64,000 nt of DNA from Podarcis liolepis (lineage: Eukaryota), in NCBI GenBank assembly GCA_965112155.1, contig OZ218103.1. The stretch is one strand, 5' to 3'. This document shows positions 1-36,866 of the stretch, in pieces. The notes under the pieces were generated by a model that made no database searches, was not told the origin of the DNA, and saw nothing but the letters and a program-made list of their open reading frames with translations. Within the stretch, counting starts at the first letter, position 1; each line of letters opens with the position of its first letter. A program made the position numbers and the translations under genes.

Positions 1-313
1 AAGGTAAAGGTAAAGGACAGTTAATGTAGTATAAGAACCTGGAAGGCATTTAATTAACGCTATTTAAAATTTCAAAGTTTGAGTAGCTGTGATAGAAAAA
101 CCTGTGCTAGAAACATTCAGCTGTATAAAAATTATGAACCATTAAATTATGGGTCTTTTCTGTATCTGAAAAGTATAGTTTCATATATTTCTTTTAAAAA
201 TGTGCACCTGATGTTTCTTTGTGGTGCCCTGTGAGGAAAGGGATGGGTTAAGAGAGAGTGCCCAAGTTTGTTCAATGTGCTGTACGTCTCACTATGGATT
301 TATTCATCTAAAA

Positions 314-563
314 CAAGGGTAGGCAACCTAAGGCCCGTGGACTGGATGCGGCCCAATCGCCTTCTCAATCCGGCCCACAGACGGTCCGGGAATCAGCATG
401 TTTTTACATGAGTAGAATGTGTGCTTTTATTTCAAATGCATCTCTGGGTTATTTGTGGGGCATAGGAATTCGTTCATTATTTTTTTCAAAATATAGTCCA
501 GCCTACCACATGGTCTGAGGGACGGTGGACCGGCCCACGACTGAAAAATGTTGCTGACCCCTG
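314..563. mobile_element. hAT-family non-autonomous DNA transposon (MITE)
   Basis: TIRs CAAGGGTAGGCAAC / GTTGCTGACCCCTG; perfect 8-bp TSD ATCTAAAA (306-313, 564-571). Confidence 0.85.
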
Positions 564-3500
564 ATCTAAAACCAAAGGTTTTTTTGGAACCACAGACTGA
601 TCTTAGAAGTTTCCATGATATGTTTCACCACCCTTTTTTTCTTGTTTATTGGAATGCTGTTGCTCTATCTACCAGTATAGTTCCTTGCAATATTAAGGCG
701 TGTGTGTGTGTGTGTTACTAGCTTCTGAGAACAATGAGTTTAATGTAGAAGAAGGCAGTTGCCATTGGGCCGCATGCACACTGTGGGTTGTATTCAACAT
801 ACCACTGAGCACAAGGATTTCTCCTTGCGTAACAGAATGCTTCCTTCTCTCTCATGCACCCTCTAAATCTGTTATGAGTATTCCCCAATTCTCCAGAGCA
901 GATTTGTTGACTGTGGAGGGGGTGATTTTTCTGCCCTTCATAGATTTCAGGCATTTGACATTCAAAGATGTTGGCCTTACGCCATTACCTGGTTGCCTTT
1001 CTCCATGCAAATTAACATTGCTAGTGGGGAAAAGTAATGTTGGAAGCTGTCGGTCCGTAGTATTCTGCAGTGCCATCATACTATTAAATTTTATGATTTA
1101 GCTGCACCGTAGCAGTACATGTTTCCTGGCAAACTAAATCTTAAACAAAATCACAGCACTATGTTGTGTGTTAATTAATTGGATTCAAACTTCCCAGCTA
1201 ATTTCACATGTGCTATGTAGCTATAAATTAAATTGTACATGGCAGGATTGGAAAAATCCATTATTTTGCCATTCTTACAGTGTAATCAGTGGGGGAGTTC
1301 CTGCTAAGTTCAATGTTACTTACTCCCCAGTAAATGTCTTCTAATTGTGAGTATAAGTTTAAGAGGTAGTCTGTAATGAGAGTTTGCGAGAAGAAATGAG
1401 AAGTAAACATTACCTTTTCCCCAGATGTAATGCTAAGGACCAAGTTGAGAAAATGAATCTGTAACGTTTGTGCTGTATGGCTTTGGCTGTAAAGCGTATG
1501 CAGTGTTGCAGCCCTAATCTCAGGGTGTATTAAGGTGAACCTGAAATCCCTGCTATCTCAAAATAGGTCTCTGTGTGTATGTGCACACATTTAATCCCCC
1601 TTAATTTTGGAGGGATGGACATTCATGCAGTTCTTCTCTTTTCTGTGTATAAGAAGTATGTAGAAATAGCTAATCACTCTGTGTCATATTCTTTTTTGGC
1701 AGAGCATTCCCCCCCCCACACACTATGTACATGAGATGCAGCATACTTTATAAATATATAGTTCCATTTAGAACCGCAACACGTTTTGTATTGTAAAAGT
1801 ATGAGGTTTCATGCTATTTCCTGTGTTAGAGGCACATTTTACTGGCAAATGACTTTGATTCGTTTAGTGCGGCAGAGGAAATCCAGCTGTGGGGACTTGG
1901 CAGAATTCCCCCTGACCATATGCAACAAAACTGCGGCCTCAGTTCTTTTTGCAGGATACTGGTGGATTAATGAAGCAGAATGAGATGCTGAGTGCCAGCA
2001 TACAAAAATTATGTAGCAGTTTCAATGCTGGCAGGATATAAATGCTAAAAAGTGTTTGTAAATCCCTAATATCAAATAATGTTTATGTGCTGAACTTCCT
2101 TTTTAGTATGACCTGCACTGATAAGCTCCAGACATTGACACTGGGTTCTTGTTTATAACAGGCTTGACAATTATTTGCTTTTAATTCTGTAGGTGTGAAA
2201 ATACATTTGGCATTCCGCTCTGTAATGAAATTGGCTCATTTTCATTCTCCAGTTCGATACATTCAGAATCCTTCCTTCTATACAGGCAGCGATTGTTTTA
2301 TGTGCGTCCAATATGTGCATGACCGTGCACTTCACGCCGAACCCAGAAGTGACCCAAAAATGTCACAAAACATGGGCCCCGTCAGCGCTTGGGGGGGGGG
2401 TCCCGGAATGTAGGCACCAGTCTCTGCCAGTATTTTAACAGTCCTCTGAATGAATTACTTCATAAATAACAAATGACAATTTTTCACACACTACTGATTG
2501 AAGCACTTAGAACTCCCTTAGTTTTAAAGACAACTGCCTTTGCAATCTCCCACGTTGAGCTGAATCAGTTGAACAGCCTATTTATTTACTTTTTAATTAC
2601 CTCAGCCAAGAAGGTTTATATGATGACTATTTCTAATTGTCTTTTCCTCTAGTTGACCACAAGTGTTGTTGGGACACTGCATATTCTAGCTTAATGTTTT
2701 ATTTGATTTATTTACTTATTTTCTGCTTCTTATGTTTGTGAGAAATACATGGGTCACTGCATATTGTGCATGGTGGAAAATAGTGTGTCAAGTGGACTGG
2801 GTTGCCTGTGACAGAATCATGTTTTTGTTTTATAAAGGGTTTAGCATTCCTAGACACAGGAATAAAATAAAAAGCCACAGGCCCATCTGCAGACTTGCAG
2901 TCTAAGAATAAAATTAAGACACATTAGGCAGGGAGGGAAAATAAAGGGGAATTTGAAATAAATCAAGGTGAACAGATGTGTTTTAAGGAGGCACTTGAAA
3001 GTTAGTGCAGAGGAAGAAAATATATTGGAAGATGGAATGGTATTTCTGAGAGAAGAAGCTGCATGGCGATAAAGAAAACAATATTAGGTTAAACAAGAAG
3101 TTTGGTACCAGTGGAGAAGAGTTTAGGGAAGCATATGTAGAAAGAGGGCTCTGTCATTTGCAGAATCAAATGTAGATGGCTAAAGAAGAGAGCTAACTTC
3201 AGTGAAATACAGGAAATATTGCACTATAGCAATCCCAGACTAACAAGATAAAGTATGAGGCCATTTTACCTGTATTTCTTTTCTGGTTTTTGTTTTATGA
3301 TGTACAGTTCCGGTGGAAATCTGATATGAGTAAGAGCAGTATAAGAATAAAAAGTAGTAAACCAGATTGTGTTCAGTGGGACTTGCTTGAGAGAATGGTG
3401 CACAGCATATGTACAGGGGTTTTTATATAAAAAAGGGGAAAAAACTTGTTAAACATAGTGGACATTATTTCCAGGTAAATATTCATAGGAACAGGACTGG

Positions 3501-4976
3501 AAATAAACTGCATCCAAATAAACAAGATAACCCCACAGTTCTAAACTAGCACAAATAATGAAGCTGACTCATCCAATTACAGAGTCTCAATCAAATACAA
3601 AATCCAGTAGTAGGAAAGCCACACTGTTTGTAAAACAAAGCAGAAGGTTTCAGCCATTCCAGCAAGGGTACTAAAAGCAGTGCAGAACTGTGCATATGCA
3701 AACTTACCGTAACTATTTCTTCTTCACTGCCCGAATTCCCACTGAAAACAAGCTATAAGCTTTACACTACAAAGGACAGCCTCTGGAATAGGCCTGTTTG
3801 CCTTGGGCAGTTTATATTTACACCAGGTGAGTAGGCAAATTGTGATTTGCAAATTTAGGAAGTTGGCAACACTGTTTGCTTCTACTGTTTTGTTTAGAAT
3901 ATTTCTAGCCAAATGTTTGAACTTACATGTGCTGTAAACCAGAATCTCAGTGTGCACGTTTGTGTGGAATCTGTGCATTAATTATAATTCATTATAAAGT
4001 TATCCTCCCCCATTCTCTAAACTTAAATTCTGGAACCTAGCTTAAATTTTTAAAAAGTTTACAGAAAAGGTGAATATATCAAATAACTAAAGTCAAGCCT
4101 ATGCCAACCCACTGTCCAAACCATCAGCTACATACAGTTGCCTGCTAGGGGGATGATAAGCTTCCTGATTTTATAGCCTGCCACGATTGCAAAAATAGGA
4201 ATGGCCAATTGCCTGGGAAATCACAGCAATATATAGCCAATGGACAGCCTTTGCAAGAGTCCATAACTTCATTAGCCATTGGCAAGCGCATATTTTACCA
4301 GGTGAGAGCTTAGAAACCGGGAAAGTTCCTGCTTTTCTCCTAAGCCTGGAGACTAGTGAAGGCTCCTTGCATGTACACTGAACCTTGGAGATTTGAAAAG
4401 CTACAATACGTTTTACTGGTTTGAAAGCGCTTTCAAGGCATTGGGCTCTGAATGCTTCCAAAAGTCAATGTGACATTGGAGACAATGTTTTGTCTTTCCC
4501 TCTTGGGAGGAAGGACACAACCACTATTGTGTCGTCATCATCATCTTCTTCTAATATATTTGAAAGAAGAAGGAAGCCTGCCTTTGTAAAGTTCCTCCAA
4601 ACTCCAAAATTCCATGAGGAACTGCTTGGGAGAAAGGGAAATCCTGGTAGGCATGCCCTAAAGGGCTTTTTTTGCAGCATAGCTACGAAACTGCTACTTC
4701 ATAATACAGATAGGAATTTCTTCTTTCTTAATGCAGTAGTTGGGCATTTAAAAAACAAAACAAAACACTACTCATAGTACATGACAAAATTACTCCCTAA
4801 GGCTCATATGAAGTTGACTCACAGTGGAACATTTTCATCAACTTGTTCTGCAGCCCAGTTGCCAAGTAGACTGTCATCTTTGTTCACTTTCCATGGCAAC
4901 CAATCAATGTGTGAAATATTTTTGGGTGGGGTGGGGGAGATTTTTAGAAAATCCTACAATGTTAAACTAATGACTA

Positions 4977-5189
4977 CAGTGGACCCTCGAGTTATGTACC
5001 TCTCTGGATACGTAAGATTCAGGTTGTGAAAGCGGCAAACTCGGAAGTATTTTTCCAGGTTTCGCCGCTCACGCATGCGCAGAAGCACTCTATCGCGCCA
5101 TGCACAGAAGCAGCACCTCTGGTTACGGATTTTTCAGGATGCACACGGACCTCCAGAACGAATTAAATTCGTATCCAGAGGGTCCACTG
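4977..5189. mobile_element. Tc1/mariner-type MITE
   Basis: TIRs CAGTGGACCCTC / GAGGGTCCACTG flanked by a TA duplication. Confidence 0.85.
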
Positions 5190-5516
5190 TACTTAGTTGC
5201 ATGCAGTGTTCTATTTGCTAACTTTCTCTGAATGCTTTTTAGCTATAGGTAAATAAATATTAAATTGTTTGTGAAATTACTGTAGTACCACATTTGTTTT
5301 TATTTAAGAATTTATAGACAGATTTTCAGTTGGGACAAATTCTCAAAACAGTGAAACAAACAACTCAGTTTGTATTCAGTGAACTTTTTTCTGTCTCAGG
5401 AAGACAGAATGTAGACTGGAATTTCATTAGCGGAATGCAATGGGATGTTTAAGTGCCTTGGTTAAATACATAGTCTTGCAGGTATTAAAGCTTGCCTTGA
5501 AAGTTTTAGCCTAGTG

Positions 5517-6337
5517 CAGAGATTTTCAACCTTTTTGAGTCCACAGCTCCCTTAACCAACTACCTTTTTTTTTGCGGCACCGCTGTTGGCTCAGGAGCCC
5601 AGTTATGTCACGCCTTGTCTGCAGAGCTGGCAGCCTCTCACCCTTTTTCAAACACCCTCCTTTGTGGAGTGTTCCCACAGTCTCCTCTCCTGTCTCCATG
5701 GGAGTCCTCTGGGCATCTGCTCTTGCCATCCCTGGTCTCTGAGCTGCTGCCGCCCCCGCCCCGCCCCCCGGCACCAAAAAAAGGTGCCTCCTCACACTGC
5801 CCCACAGGGGCCTGGGAAGAGGATACCCCCAGTCTTAGTGGCCCAAAGGAGACTAGCCAAAGGTGAATGTGAGGCCAGCACCTTACCTTGGGAGGCAGCA
5901 GGCGCTGCTGGGTCTGCATGGGGAAATGCTCTCCTTCAGCACTGGGCATTCAGCTCCCAAGCAGGCCTTGCACACAGCAAGCACAAGAAAGCCTAGTGCA
6001 GCACCTGTCTACCTGCCCAGCCTCACAGTTGTCTGTCCATTCCCAACAGCAAGGGCTGGCTGGCTGGGCTCCCTCACCCACCTGCTTACTCTGATGCCAC
6101 CTTAGCTCCTGGCAGCCAGCACCCCCTGGCCAGCCCCAGAGGCACCATTCGCCTGTGGAGCTTGTAGCCAAGGCTGCTGCAACCAAACAGCTGTGCAAGC
6201 CTTTGGGAAGCAGGCCCGAGAGCGCATCAGAGGAGAGAGGGAGAGAAAGAGGGACAGAGGCCAGTGTTGCCCACGGCACCCCTGACCATAATTCAAGGCA
6301 CCCCAGGGTGCCATGGCACACTGGTTGAAAAACACTG
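5517..6337. mobile_element. hAT-family non-autonomous DNA transposon, GC-rich interior
   Basis: TIRs CAGAGATTTTCAACC / GGTTGAAAAACACTG; 8-bp TSD GCCTAGTG (5509-5516, 6338-6345). Confidence 0.85.
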
Positions 6338-6624
6338 GCCTAGTGCTTTTGTTTGTATATGTCTTTTAGCTGATTGTGAGGAAAATCTGGTGTTCTGTTT
6401 CCGTTTTCAACTGAGCAGCAGATACAATGCTAAAATGGTTGTGAGAATTATACGTTAAAGATATAGAGAACATGGGTAATATCCAGCATTAGTCATACTT
6501 AGAGGCCCTTTGAAATCAACAGAAATACTTGGGTCCATAATTAAAAGTCCGGTACTCTGCAGCATCTTAAGACTAGGTCTGGTTTTTTTTTGTTTTTTCC
6601 ATTATAAGTTTCCCATTTACATGG

Positions 6625-6854
6625 AGTTCGAAAGCACATCAAAGTGCAAGTAGATAAATAGGTACTGCTCCAGCGGGAAGGTAAACGGCGTTTCCGTGCG
6701 CTGCTCTGGTTTGCCAGAAGTGGCTTAGCCATGCTGACCACATGACCCGGAAGCTGTATGCCGGCTCCCTCGGCCAATAAAGCGAGATGAGCGCCGCAAC
6801 CCCAGAGTCGGCCACGACTGGACCTAATGGTCAGGGGTCCCTTTACCTTTACCT
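6625..6854 (+). mobile_element. Sauria (POM-type) SINE, 5'-truncated
   Basis: Near-identical to the 3' part of the copy at 55034-55384; ends in a CCCTTTACCTTTACCT tail. Confidence 0.85.
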
Positions 6855-6966
6855 AGCATTGAATATAAGCCAACATATTTTTCTTGCAATAGAAATATTT
6901 GCTCTAGGATAGAGTAACCCAAGCCAGTTCTTTCAACTTCTGTCAGGAATCTATGACGTACAGTAC

Positions 6967-7487
6967 TGTCAAAGGTGGGTGGCAGAGTCAGGTAAGTAAT
7001 AACTCACAAGATGCCAATAAAGTTAACTCTTTATTCAAATAAACAAAACAGCTGAAGCATAATGAGCCCAGTAACTCCTCCCCCATTTCCTTCCCAAGCA
7101 ATCTGAGTCTCATTCACCTTGTCTGTCTTTGCTTCACCCTCTTCATACCTCTGCGGCTTCTGGGAGACCAGGGAGGAGGGGAGCTAGTCACAGGGGGGGG
7201 GGGCTCCCTGGCTTCATCAACAGCCTTCGTCATCTCTGTCTCTTGCCCGCCCCACGCCCCCCAGCCTCCACTTCTTCCTCTGGTTCTGGACTTCTGCAAC
7301 AGCCTCTTCCTGCTCACTAAACTGTTACCTCTTCAGCTTCCAACACCTCCACCTCGTAGCCTGCTCCGCCTTCTCCCTCTGACCATCATCATCCCACCAC
7401 ACATCCCCTGGCTCTGACCATTTTTCCCTTGGGGGTTCCCTAGCTGGTGCCTCCCACCATTCCTCTGCATCCAGCCAGTCCATGGCA
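6967..7487 (-). mobile_element. Solo-LTR-like element
   Basis: TGTCA…TGGCA termini, minus-strand AATAAA near 7030, strongly purine-skewed interior. No clean TSD seen. Confidence 0.4.
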
Positions 7488-9166
7488 TTGTTCCTTCCTT
7501 TCTTCAGACTGCAAAGTAAATTTCAAATAGAGCCTACAGAATAACACCTCTTTCTGGCACACAAGGGAGAAATGTGCTCAGGAAGTTTTGCAGGGTAAAA
7601 GAATTCACCAAAGCATTCTGTGCACACACAAAGCTCTGCATTTTTTTCTTAACCTCAATACTAGCTGTCACATTTGTTAACTGAAGACTCTGAAATTGTG
7701 GCTTGTTATAACCTAGATTTCAGCAGCCTCATTATATCAGTTTGTTAGTGACTGACAGTCAAGCCCAGAAATCTTTTTATTTTGGGGCATTCTCCCCCAC
7801 CCCTTTTTCTAAACTGTCGTGACTTTCCTCCAATACTTTATCTGGACATCTTCATTTCTCAGTCTCTGTCTGAACTCCATAGAGGAAGGTCATGAGCTTG
7901 GTTGTGGGGATGAATCAATATATTGTTATGGGTGGATGCACTTGTGCATTATTTTGTTGTATGTGGTTACTCACAAACTTCAGTCAGAATTATTTATTCA
8001 GGATTTCAAAAAGGGTGTCAGGAATCCAAAAAGATCAAATAACAGTAAATTAAAGTTGCATGCATTACCTGTGGTTCTGTCATTATTTCTAGAGCAAACC
8101 TAGCAGTGATTTAATGACTTGGGATTTAAATCACTGTCTGATTTAAACATGATGCTGGGCTTATAAGAAAAACATAGTCATGCAACATTCCATATTGAAA
8201 CCAGTCCCTCAACTGCTATGTACACAGTGTTAGCACACCAGTGATGAAGCCATAGATTTCTGAAATACTAACTCTGGGTGTTCAGGCACAACAATCAAGT
8301 CCTGTGGGCACAAATTCTTATATTATTTTTATTGTGTGTAAATAGGGACCCAAAGAGGATTAATTTCTCAGTTTAGAATACAAAGAATAAGCAAAAGATA
8401 AGAGATTGTCTACTCCAAAATGACATGGGTGATTAATCTAAGAGTACATGTCATTGAGTCTATGAAGGTCTTTGAGAACAATTTTGAGAGGTTCATCTTA
8501 ATAATGCTTATTTTTGGTGGCAAATCAAATCTAAATAAGTTCTGTTTTCAAGATTTGATATGTAAGCTGGGAGGAATCAAGAAAGCGAAGAGGGTAGTGC
8601 AAAATCTTCACATTGTAGTTATTCATACCTTAACTTTGTTAAGTGTGAATTTATTTATAAAAATAATTTACATACCTTTTAGCTCCACACAGGTCCCCAA
8701 ATATGGTTCATAGTCATAAAATCAAAATACAATACAGCAAAACAAGAACTAAAAGCCATTGTTTGCGGAAAACATACAACAGCAGAGGAGACCAGAAAAC
8801 AACCCAAAAGTTTGGCAAAGGGCCAACCAGTTCTTATAGTCTAGTTGCTACAGTTGAGTAAGATGTCATGCTGGTTCATTTGTGAGGGAGCCATGAGTAT
8901 AAATTGGTTTTGTTATCCTGTAATGCTTAACCATGGTTTAGTGCTACGTGCATGAACAGAAAGGAGCCACCATGCACCCTGGGTTCCTGCTCTCCCCTTC
9001 CCATGTTTTCCTCCTGTGCACCTGGGACTTCAGTAGAGCTAAGTTGCACATTCTATAAAACCTAACTGGTTCTTGTGTATGAAACCATGATTGTGGTTTA
9101 AAACAACTTCTGTTAAGTTTCATAACAGTCAGCTTCAACCCATGGGTTATGAAGATGGTTTGCTAA

Positions 9167-23487
<14,321 letters not shown>

Positions 23488-25985
23488 AGGAACTGGACTA
23501 CAGTGGCAGAATTCTAGGAACTCCAGAACTTGCTTATTTCCCAATACTATTGAAGATGGGTGCTTCCAAAACGCAAGTTTCCATTGACCCGAGTTGTCAG
23601 ATTGGGTTGCTCATACTGAAAGTGCCCTCTTCTGTTATCTACCTGTGGTATAAGGGCAAATTCTTCTTCTTCAAGTACTTTGCCAGCCATTGTGAATGTG
23701 TTGGTAGATTTGTTACATTGTTCTATGTGTCAATCAAAGCACCTTTTTTGAAGATAGGACAAATGGTATCTGATTTGACTTTAATATGGTGAAATCAATT
23801 GTCGGTATGTAGAAATGCATTCAGTGATGTTCTCTAATTGCAACCTGGCTGCTGTTGCTTTTTAATCCCTTAAAAAGACAAGCACATCTATTTCAGTCCT
23901 TTTCTGGGAGTGAGAATCTTGCCTCTCGAGTATTGACTTAATTGTTCCTGTCAAACTAGAATTGCTACAAAATAGGAACAGCTGCTTCAAGGAAGTGAGC
24001 CAGTCAGCTGTGCTTTGAAAGAAATAGGATTAAATACTGCTACAAATGTGTGCAACTTTAAGGCTAAGTCACATGTGAGAACTAGTTTATTACTTAAAAT
24101 GAGTGACTAGCTTTCACAAAATTAAATCTGTATCGTATTACATAGTCCTCACTGCTGACAAGATTTGAACCCTTAGTACAACTGTATAGTATTCAAAGAT
24201 AATTCTTGCTGACATTTGGTGTGTACTGAAAAATAAAAGTACTACATCATAGGTGACCTCATTGAATAATAACCAGTAATGAAAAGTTTAGGGCATACAG
24301 TAGTATGTTGTTTAGCTCATACAATATTAAATCAAACCGTTTAACACTTAAAAGAGTGCCTTGTTCCTGAGGAAAAAGGAGTTCGGAACGATTTCTTATA
24401 AAGCTTTAAGAACAACCATTAAACAGCTAACATAACTGCTATTATGCTTAAGCTGTCAAGAAAAGCACTTTATATAATTTTCTTCACCCCATCTGAAACC
24501 AGAGTCTTGTATTTTAATTAGAATTGCTAACTCAGGCCCAGTGTAAATGAGGCATGGATATGAGCAAATAACTTACCTCTGTACTTGCTCCATTTAAAAG
24601 GTATCTGCCCTGTTCTACCTGATACACACATTGGTGTTTGCAACTGCCACACATGTGGTATTGTGCAGTGCAGTGCTGGTCATGCAGAATGTCTGCATAG
24701 CTTGTTTTAAGTCATCTCATTTTAGTCCATTTCATTCAGCTGTTGTTAAGACAGAACTCATTGATTTTGGTGGAATAGTTTCTGGTACATATAAATTTGA
24801 ACAAATGAAACATGTAATGTGCCTATGCAACAGTTTTGACAAAGCATTTTCTGACAGCATAAACAACCCATTTTATTTTTGTAAAGAATTTTTTAGGGAT
24901 TTGGAGTGAAGGCTGCCAACAATTCAGAAACATATTGACAGTTAGTTAGTAGTGGACTTCAAATGTCAAAAAAAGTTAGTCACTAGAATTAATCAGTATC
25001 TTCAAAACAACTTTGAGTAAGCTAATGAGAGTTACTTGACCTTTGTGGAACACTGATGTTCTTATGAATTCCCTGGAGTTGGTCAATGTTTGTTATCTTT
25101 CTCAAGAAACATAATGAAAGATTTAAGTTGTTAGCTAAATGAAGGAATTTTGTATCTTGGAGATATGTCGCAACTCATTCTTATTATTTAAATCATATGT
25201 GTGAATTGTTAAAATGAGAACCATTTCTTCTGTATTATGGTACCTGGAAGTAACTTGTCGCTGCTTCATAAAACATTTTATTTAGCTTGAATTGTTCTAA
25301 TTGAGTTCAAGTAAATATTTAATTTTTTAAGCTGCTGTTAAAATAATGCAAAGAGAATACACAACAAAACTTACTTTGAAACATACAGTGATCTAGGTAA
25401 AATTGAGTTTGCTCTTAGTGTGTTTAAGTAGGTCACTAAACTAGTGTGCAAATTTGTTGAAAAAATGCTAGTTCTAAAAAGTGTTGGTCCTAAAAGATGA
25501 GTGTTTTGGAGAGAACAAATTGGCATAAGGGAAAAAGAACACAAGGGATAAAAAAACTAAGGTCACTAACTACAAGGGAACTATCATGTTCAACATTCAA
25601 TAAACTTTATGTATTGCTTGTTTACTCAGATGTAATGTTGGTCACTCCTAGTGTAAATACCTGCATTCCCTGACTTAATACACCTTACACAAAGGCAATT
25701 TCTCTTGTACCCATCACACTGGTAATTTTTTTGAATTCCATATGATAGTTCCATTAAACAGCTATTATGCACTTTAGTCAAGTGAGCCATGTTAATGAAG
25801 TGATTCCATTTGTGTCCCCAAGACATGGGAAATGAACTTCATATTCATATATGGCATTCATTTTGTGTAAACTGTACAGTGATACCCAAAATTAACATTT
25901 TTAGTAAAGTCTGATTTTTTTACCATAAAATACTTGATGTAAAGTGGTCTTACAAACTCAATAAAAGTTTTGTCTTCAACCTGCA
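23488..25985 (+). other. FAM102B: Probable long 3' UTR of FAM102B
   Basis: AT-rich, TE-poor stretch after the stop codon, with AATAAA at ~24232, ~25599 and ~25960. The actual end is inferred. Confidence 0.5.
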
Positions 25986-28817
25986 TTTTATGTGCTGTTT
26001 TTCTGAACAGAGAATCAAAACAACAAAATGCAAAGGGTGTTTGCAATAATACTGTAACTAATTTCACTTTATTAAATTGAAAGGAGCAAATGAATGGCAT
26101 TCCATCCCCACCAAATTATTAGCTTGAAAAGGAGTGGGGTTATCTTTCCACTTCCTTCTTTCTAATACAAAATAGTATGCCAAAAGAATACAGGCTAAAT
26201 TTTGGGAGGAGCTGTATCTCATTTTTAGGTTACTTCCCTGCAGAAAAAAGGCCCAAGACAGGAATAGTTCAGTTGTTTGGGTCAGGTGGTTTCCTGATAA
26301 ACTTAAATCTTTTGTATTCCTTGTACTAAGTTTAATACTGACCTATTACAAGTTTAAAAATTCAAGATTTTTTTGGTAGAACCAGGACTCTTCCCTTTCC
26401 TAGAGAAAAGAATCAGTTAATGATTTAAGCCTCTCTAGCTCCATTGCTTTCTTTGCTCATCTATATTGGAACCTCTGTACAATTTAGTAGTCTGATTCAA
26501 AGGCTAGAGGAAATTAAACTGCATTTTGTATTGAGGCCTGACTTGCAGACATTCTGGAAAGTCAGTTTTATCTTCCTGTGCTAGGTTCACATTTTCTACC
26601 TCTGTTTATACCCTGTCAGCATGATTAATTCCACTGATACAGATTGCTGTGATTTCTCAAAATGTTTTTTACGCTATTTTGATTTGTTAGGTACTTTTGT
26701 TCTAAAACATTACAAGTTGAATGATCTATTTACTCTGTAAAATCTAGAGAAATGACAGCTCCAAAGCATGAAAAACAAAATATTCTAGTATTAAATAACA
26801 TTTAGACACTGATCATCTTTGGGACAAAAAAATGTATCTCATTTTGTTTCCATTATAACTATTAAAGCAGTTTATTTTAGGTATTCACTAAGTAAACTGC
26901 TGTAGTGGTTGTCATTGTAGTAAGACAATACAAAACTTTGACTGATGACAAAAAGTACTAAACATATAACCATGTTTTAGAGCACCACTCTGAGGCCTTG
27001 CCACAGCTTTTTAGTGGTTTTACCCCTTTGTTCTGCCTTTTGTCATCCTCTATGAGTCCCACCTGCAGAAAAGTTCCCGCTTGTTATTTCTGTGAAAAGT
27101 TCATATTTCCTCTGCAGAGCAGCTACATTTCCATCAGCAATCTAGCTGGCATCCTACTCTTACGGGCTTATTGTAAACATGATTAGTAACTACTACTTGT
27201 ATTGGTAGTTAAGGAATACTTGGTGATTATCTGTCCAGGGAAGAGACTGCCTTCAGTCCTAATACTGAAGAAGTGATTAAACTTAACTTTGCAAACAGGA
27301 TTGTCTTGAACTATTTAAGTCATTTAAGTGACTATTTTATGTAGTAAGCCCTAGTAGAAACTGTGCTGGGTTTTCTTCTCTATTCTCACCTCAAAAATGA
27401 TTCCTACAAAGTGACACTATAATAGCAAAGTACACCAGGGAAAATTAGTGGCTACAGTTGTACGCTCTGCAAGGGCTTGGAATCGGGCCAGGCTGGGAAG
27501 TGATGCAGTGTTCTGGTTATAGTAAAAGGAGAAAGCTGCTGCAGTGCAACTGTAATAGAGAGCATTACATTCTAAGAAGGTAGAAGTAAAAAAAAATAAT
27601 CTATCCTAGCATTTTTAAATGTGACAAGTGAATTAGGGAAAAGGTCAAAGAACAACAAGGTACCAAACCATCTCTTCTCTTGCCCACTCATGTCTGTTGC
27701 CTCTGGTATAAAAACAACACTGCAGTCGTCCTCTGACTCTTTACCAAGGTGGTGGTGATAGGAATATTGGAAAAAGCTGCATCCCTTTTTGTTAGATGAG
27801 AACAGGATGCCAAGCAAATGCTTTATGGAGAAGCATGCCACCTTGTGGTTGAAATTGTTGCAAGATTAGTGAGATAGAATTGTCTAATATTTGTTTAGAA
27901 AAGGCTGTTTACTGTTACAGAGGAACAATATTTATGTACAACTACATCTGCTCATTTGCCAATCTGTTTACCAACTACTGTAATTAAAGAAAAGCATACT
28001 TGAACAGATAATACATGCAGGAAGCAAGGCATAACTTCAGTTACTTGAGGCTTTAATAAGGCTATCCTATGACTGGTGTTTGCAGTACTGCTAGATGAAT
28101 GAGTTCCTTGATCAAACCATTATAAGGTTGAGACTAAGGAAAAGAATTGCTGCTGCTCCCTGCTGCTCCTTTCTATAATCAAAACCTAGCAGTCCCCCAA
28201 GGTTATTCTGGTACTTTGGGGGTTAGAATCAGTTTGTGGATGAGTTGAGCAAATGTATTTTCCAACTTTGTTCAGCAAGTAGTATTCTACAATCTTATTT
28301 GACAGCATCTACAAACCCATTTCTATATAGAACAGTGTGAATGGTTCTGAAGAAAACTATTTTAAAGCACACACAGAGAGAGCATTACACCTAGCATTAA
28401 CTTAAGCAACTAATTTAGTTCTCAACTAAACTTATACTATAAAGATACTGATAATGGTGGTGTTGCATAATATAGTATACAAACTTCTGCAAAACCACCT
28501 TCCAATTCAAAAAATGCATCTTAAACATTACTTTTTCTGTTCGCAGACAGAAAACTGTTTTCTGACTTCTGTTCTACTAACTACTGTTGTAAGCAGTTGG
28601 GTTGAGGAAGGTACATGTTTATTTCTCAATCAAAATAATTAGGTAGGAACATCTTATTCTAGCCCACCTCAATACAAAAAGATGGCACCTGATCCAAGTA
28701 TTTAGTAGCCAGTCCAATCTGCTGAGTTTTTAAATCCAGCAACTAGCAGAATTCTGCTCACTGGACTCCTCCAGTTTGCGAAGTAGTACCAAGAACAAGT
28801 ATTTTTGAAAGCATTTG

Positions 28818-36540
<7,723 letters not shown>

Positions 36541-36866
36541 AGCCAAGGCTAAAAACAAAATATAGGAATGTTTTTGAAATACTATATAACAATTATTTTG
36601 CAACCTGGAAATTCCTGAGCATTCTTGGTTCCTGCTTTTCTTTCAGTCTGAAATCTAACACAAAATTTGTCACCATTTTGACAGGTAGCATTTTGGTATC
36701 CCATGTGTTTATTTCCTTCACATCTTTTCTCCACGAAATTGGTTTGCAAAATTTGATACAAACATCAAGATTAGTTTCTAGCTTTTGATCTAAAATATGT
36801 TATTAATGCATACATTAAAGCCTTTTGTTTATTGGTTATTGTTAATAATGCAAAAGAGGTTACTCC

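Noticed and set aside
1-16. AAGGTAAAGGTAAAGG, reverse of the Sauria SINE tail
   Set aside because: No SINE body follows and it is cut by the window edge; too short to call.
5526-6335. Cluster of GC-rich ORFs on both strands
   Set aside because: All lie inside a hAT non-autonomous element bounded by TIRs and an 8-bp TSD; no transposase or other recognisable motif.
6541-6777. Similar short ORFs at 6541, 38869 and 54973 suggesting a small gene family
   Set aside because: Antisense translations of Sauria SINE copies.
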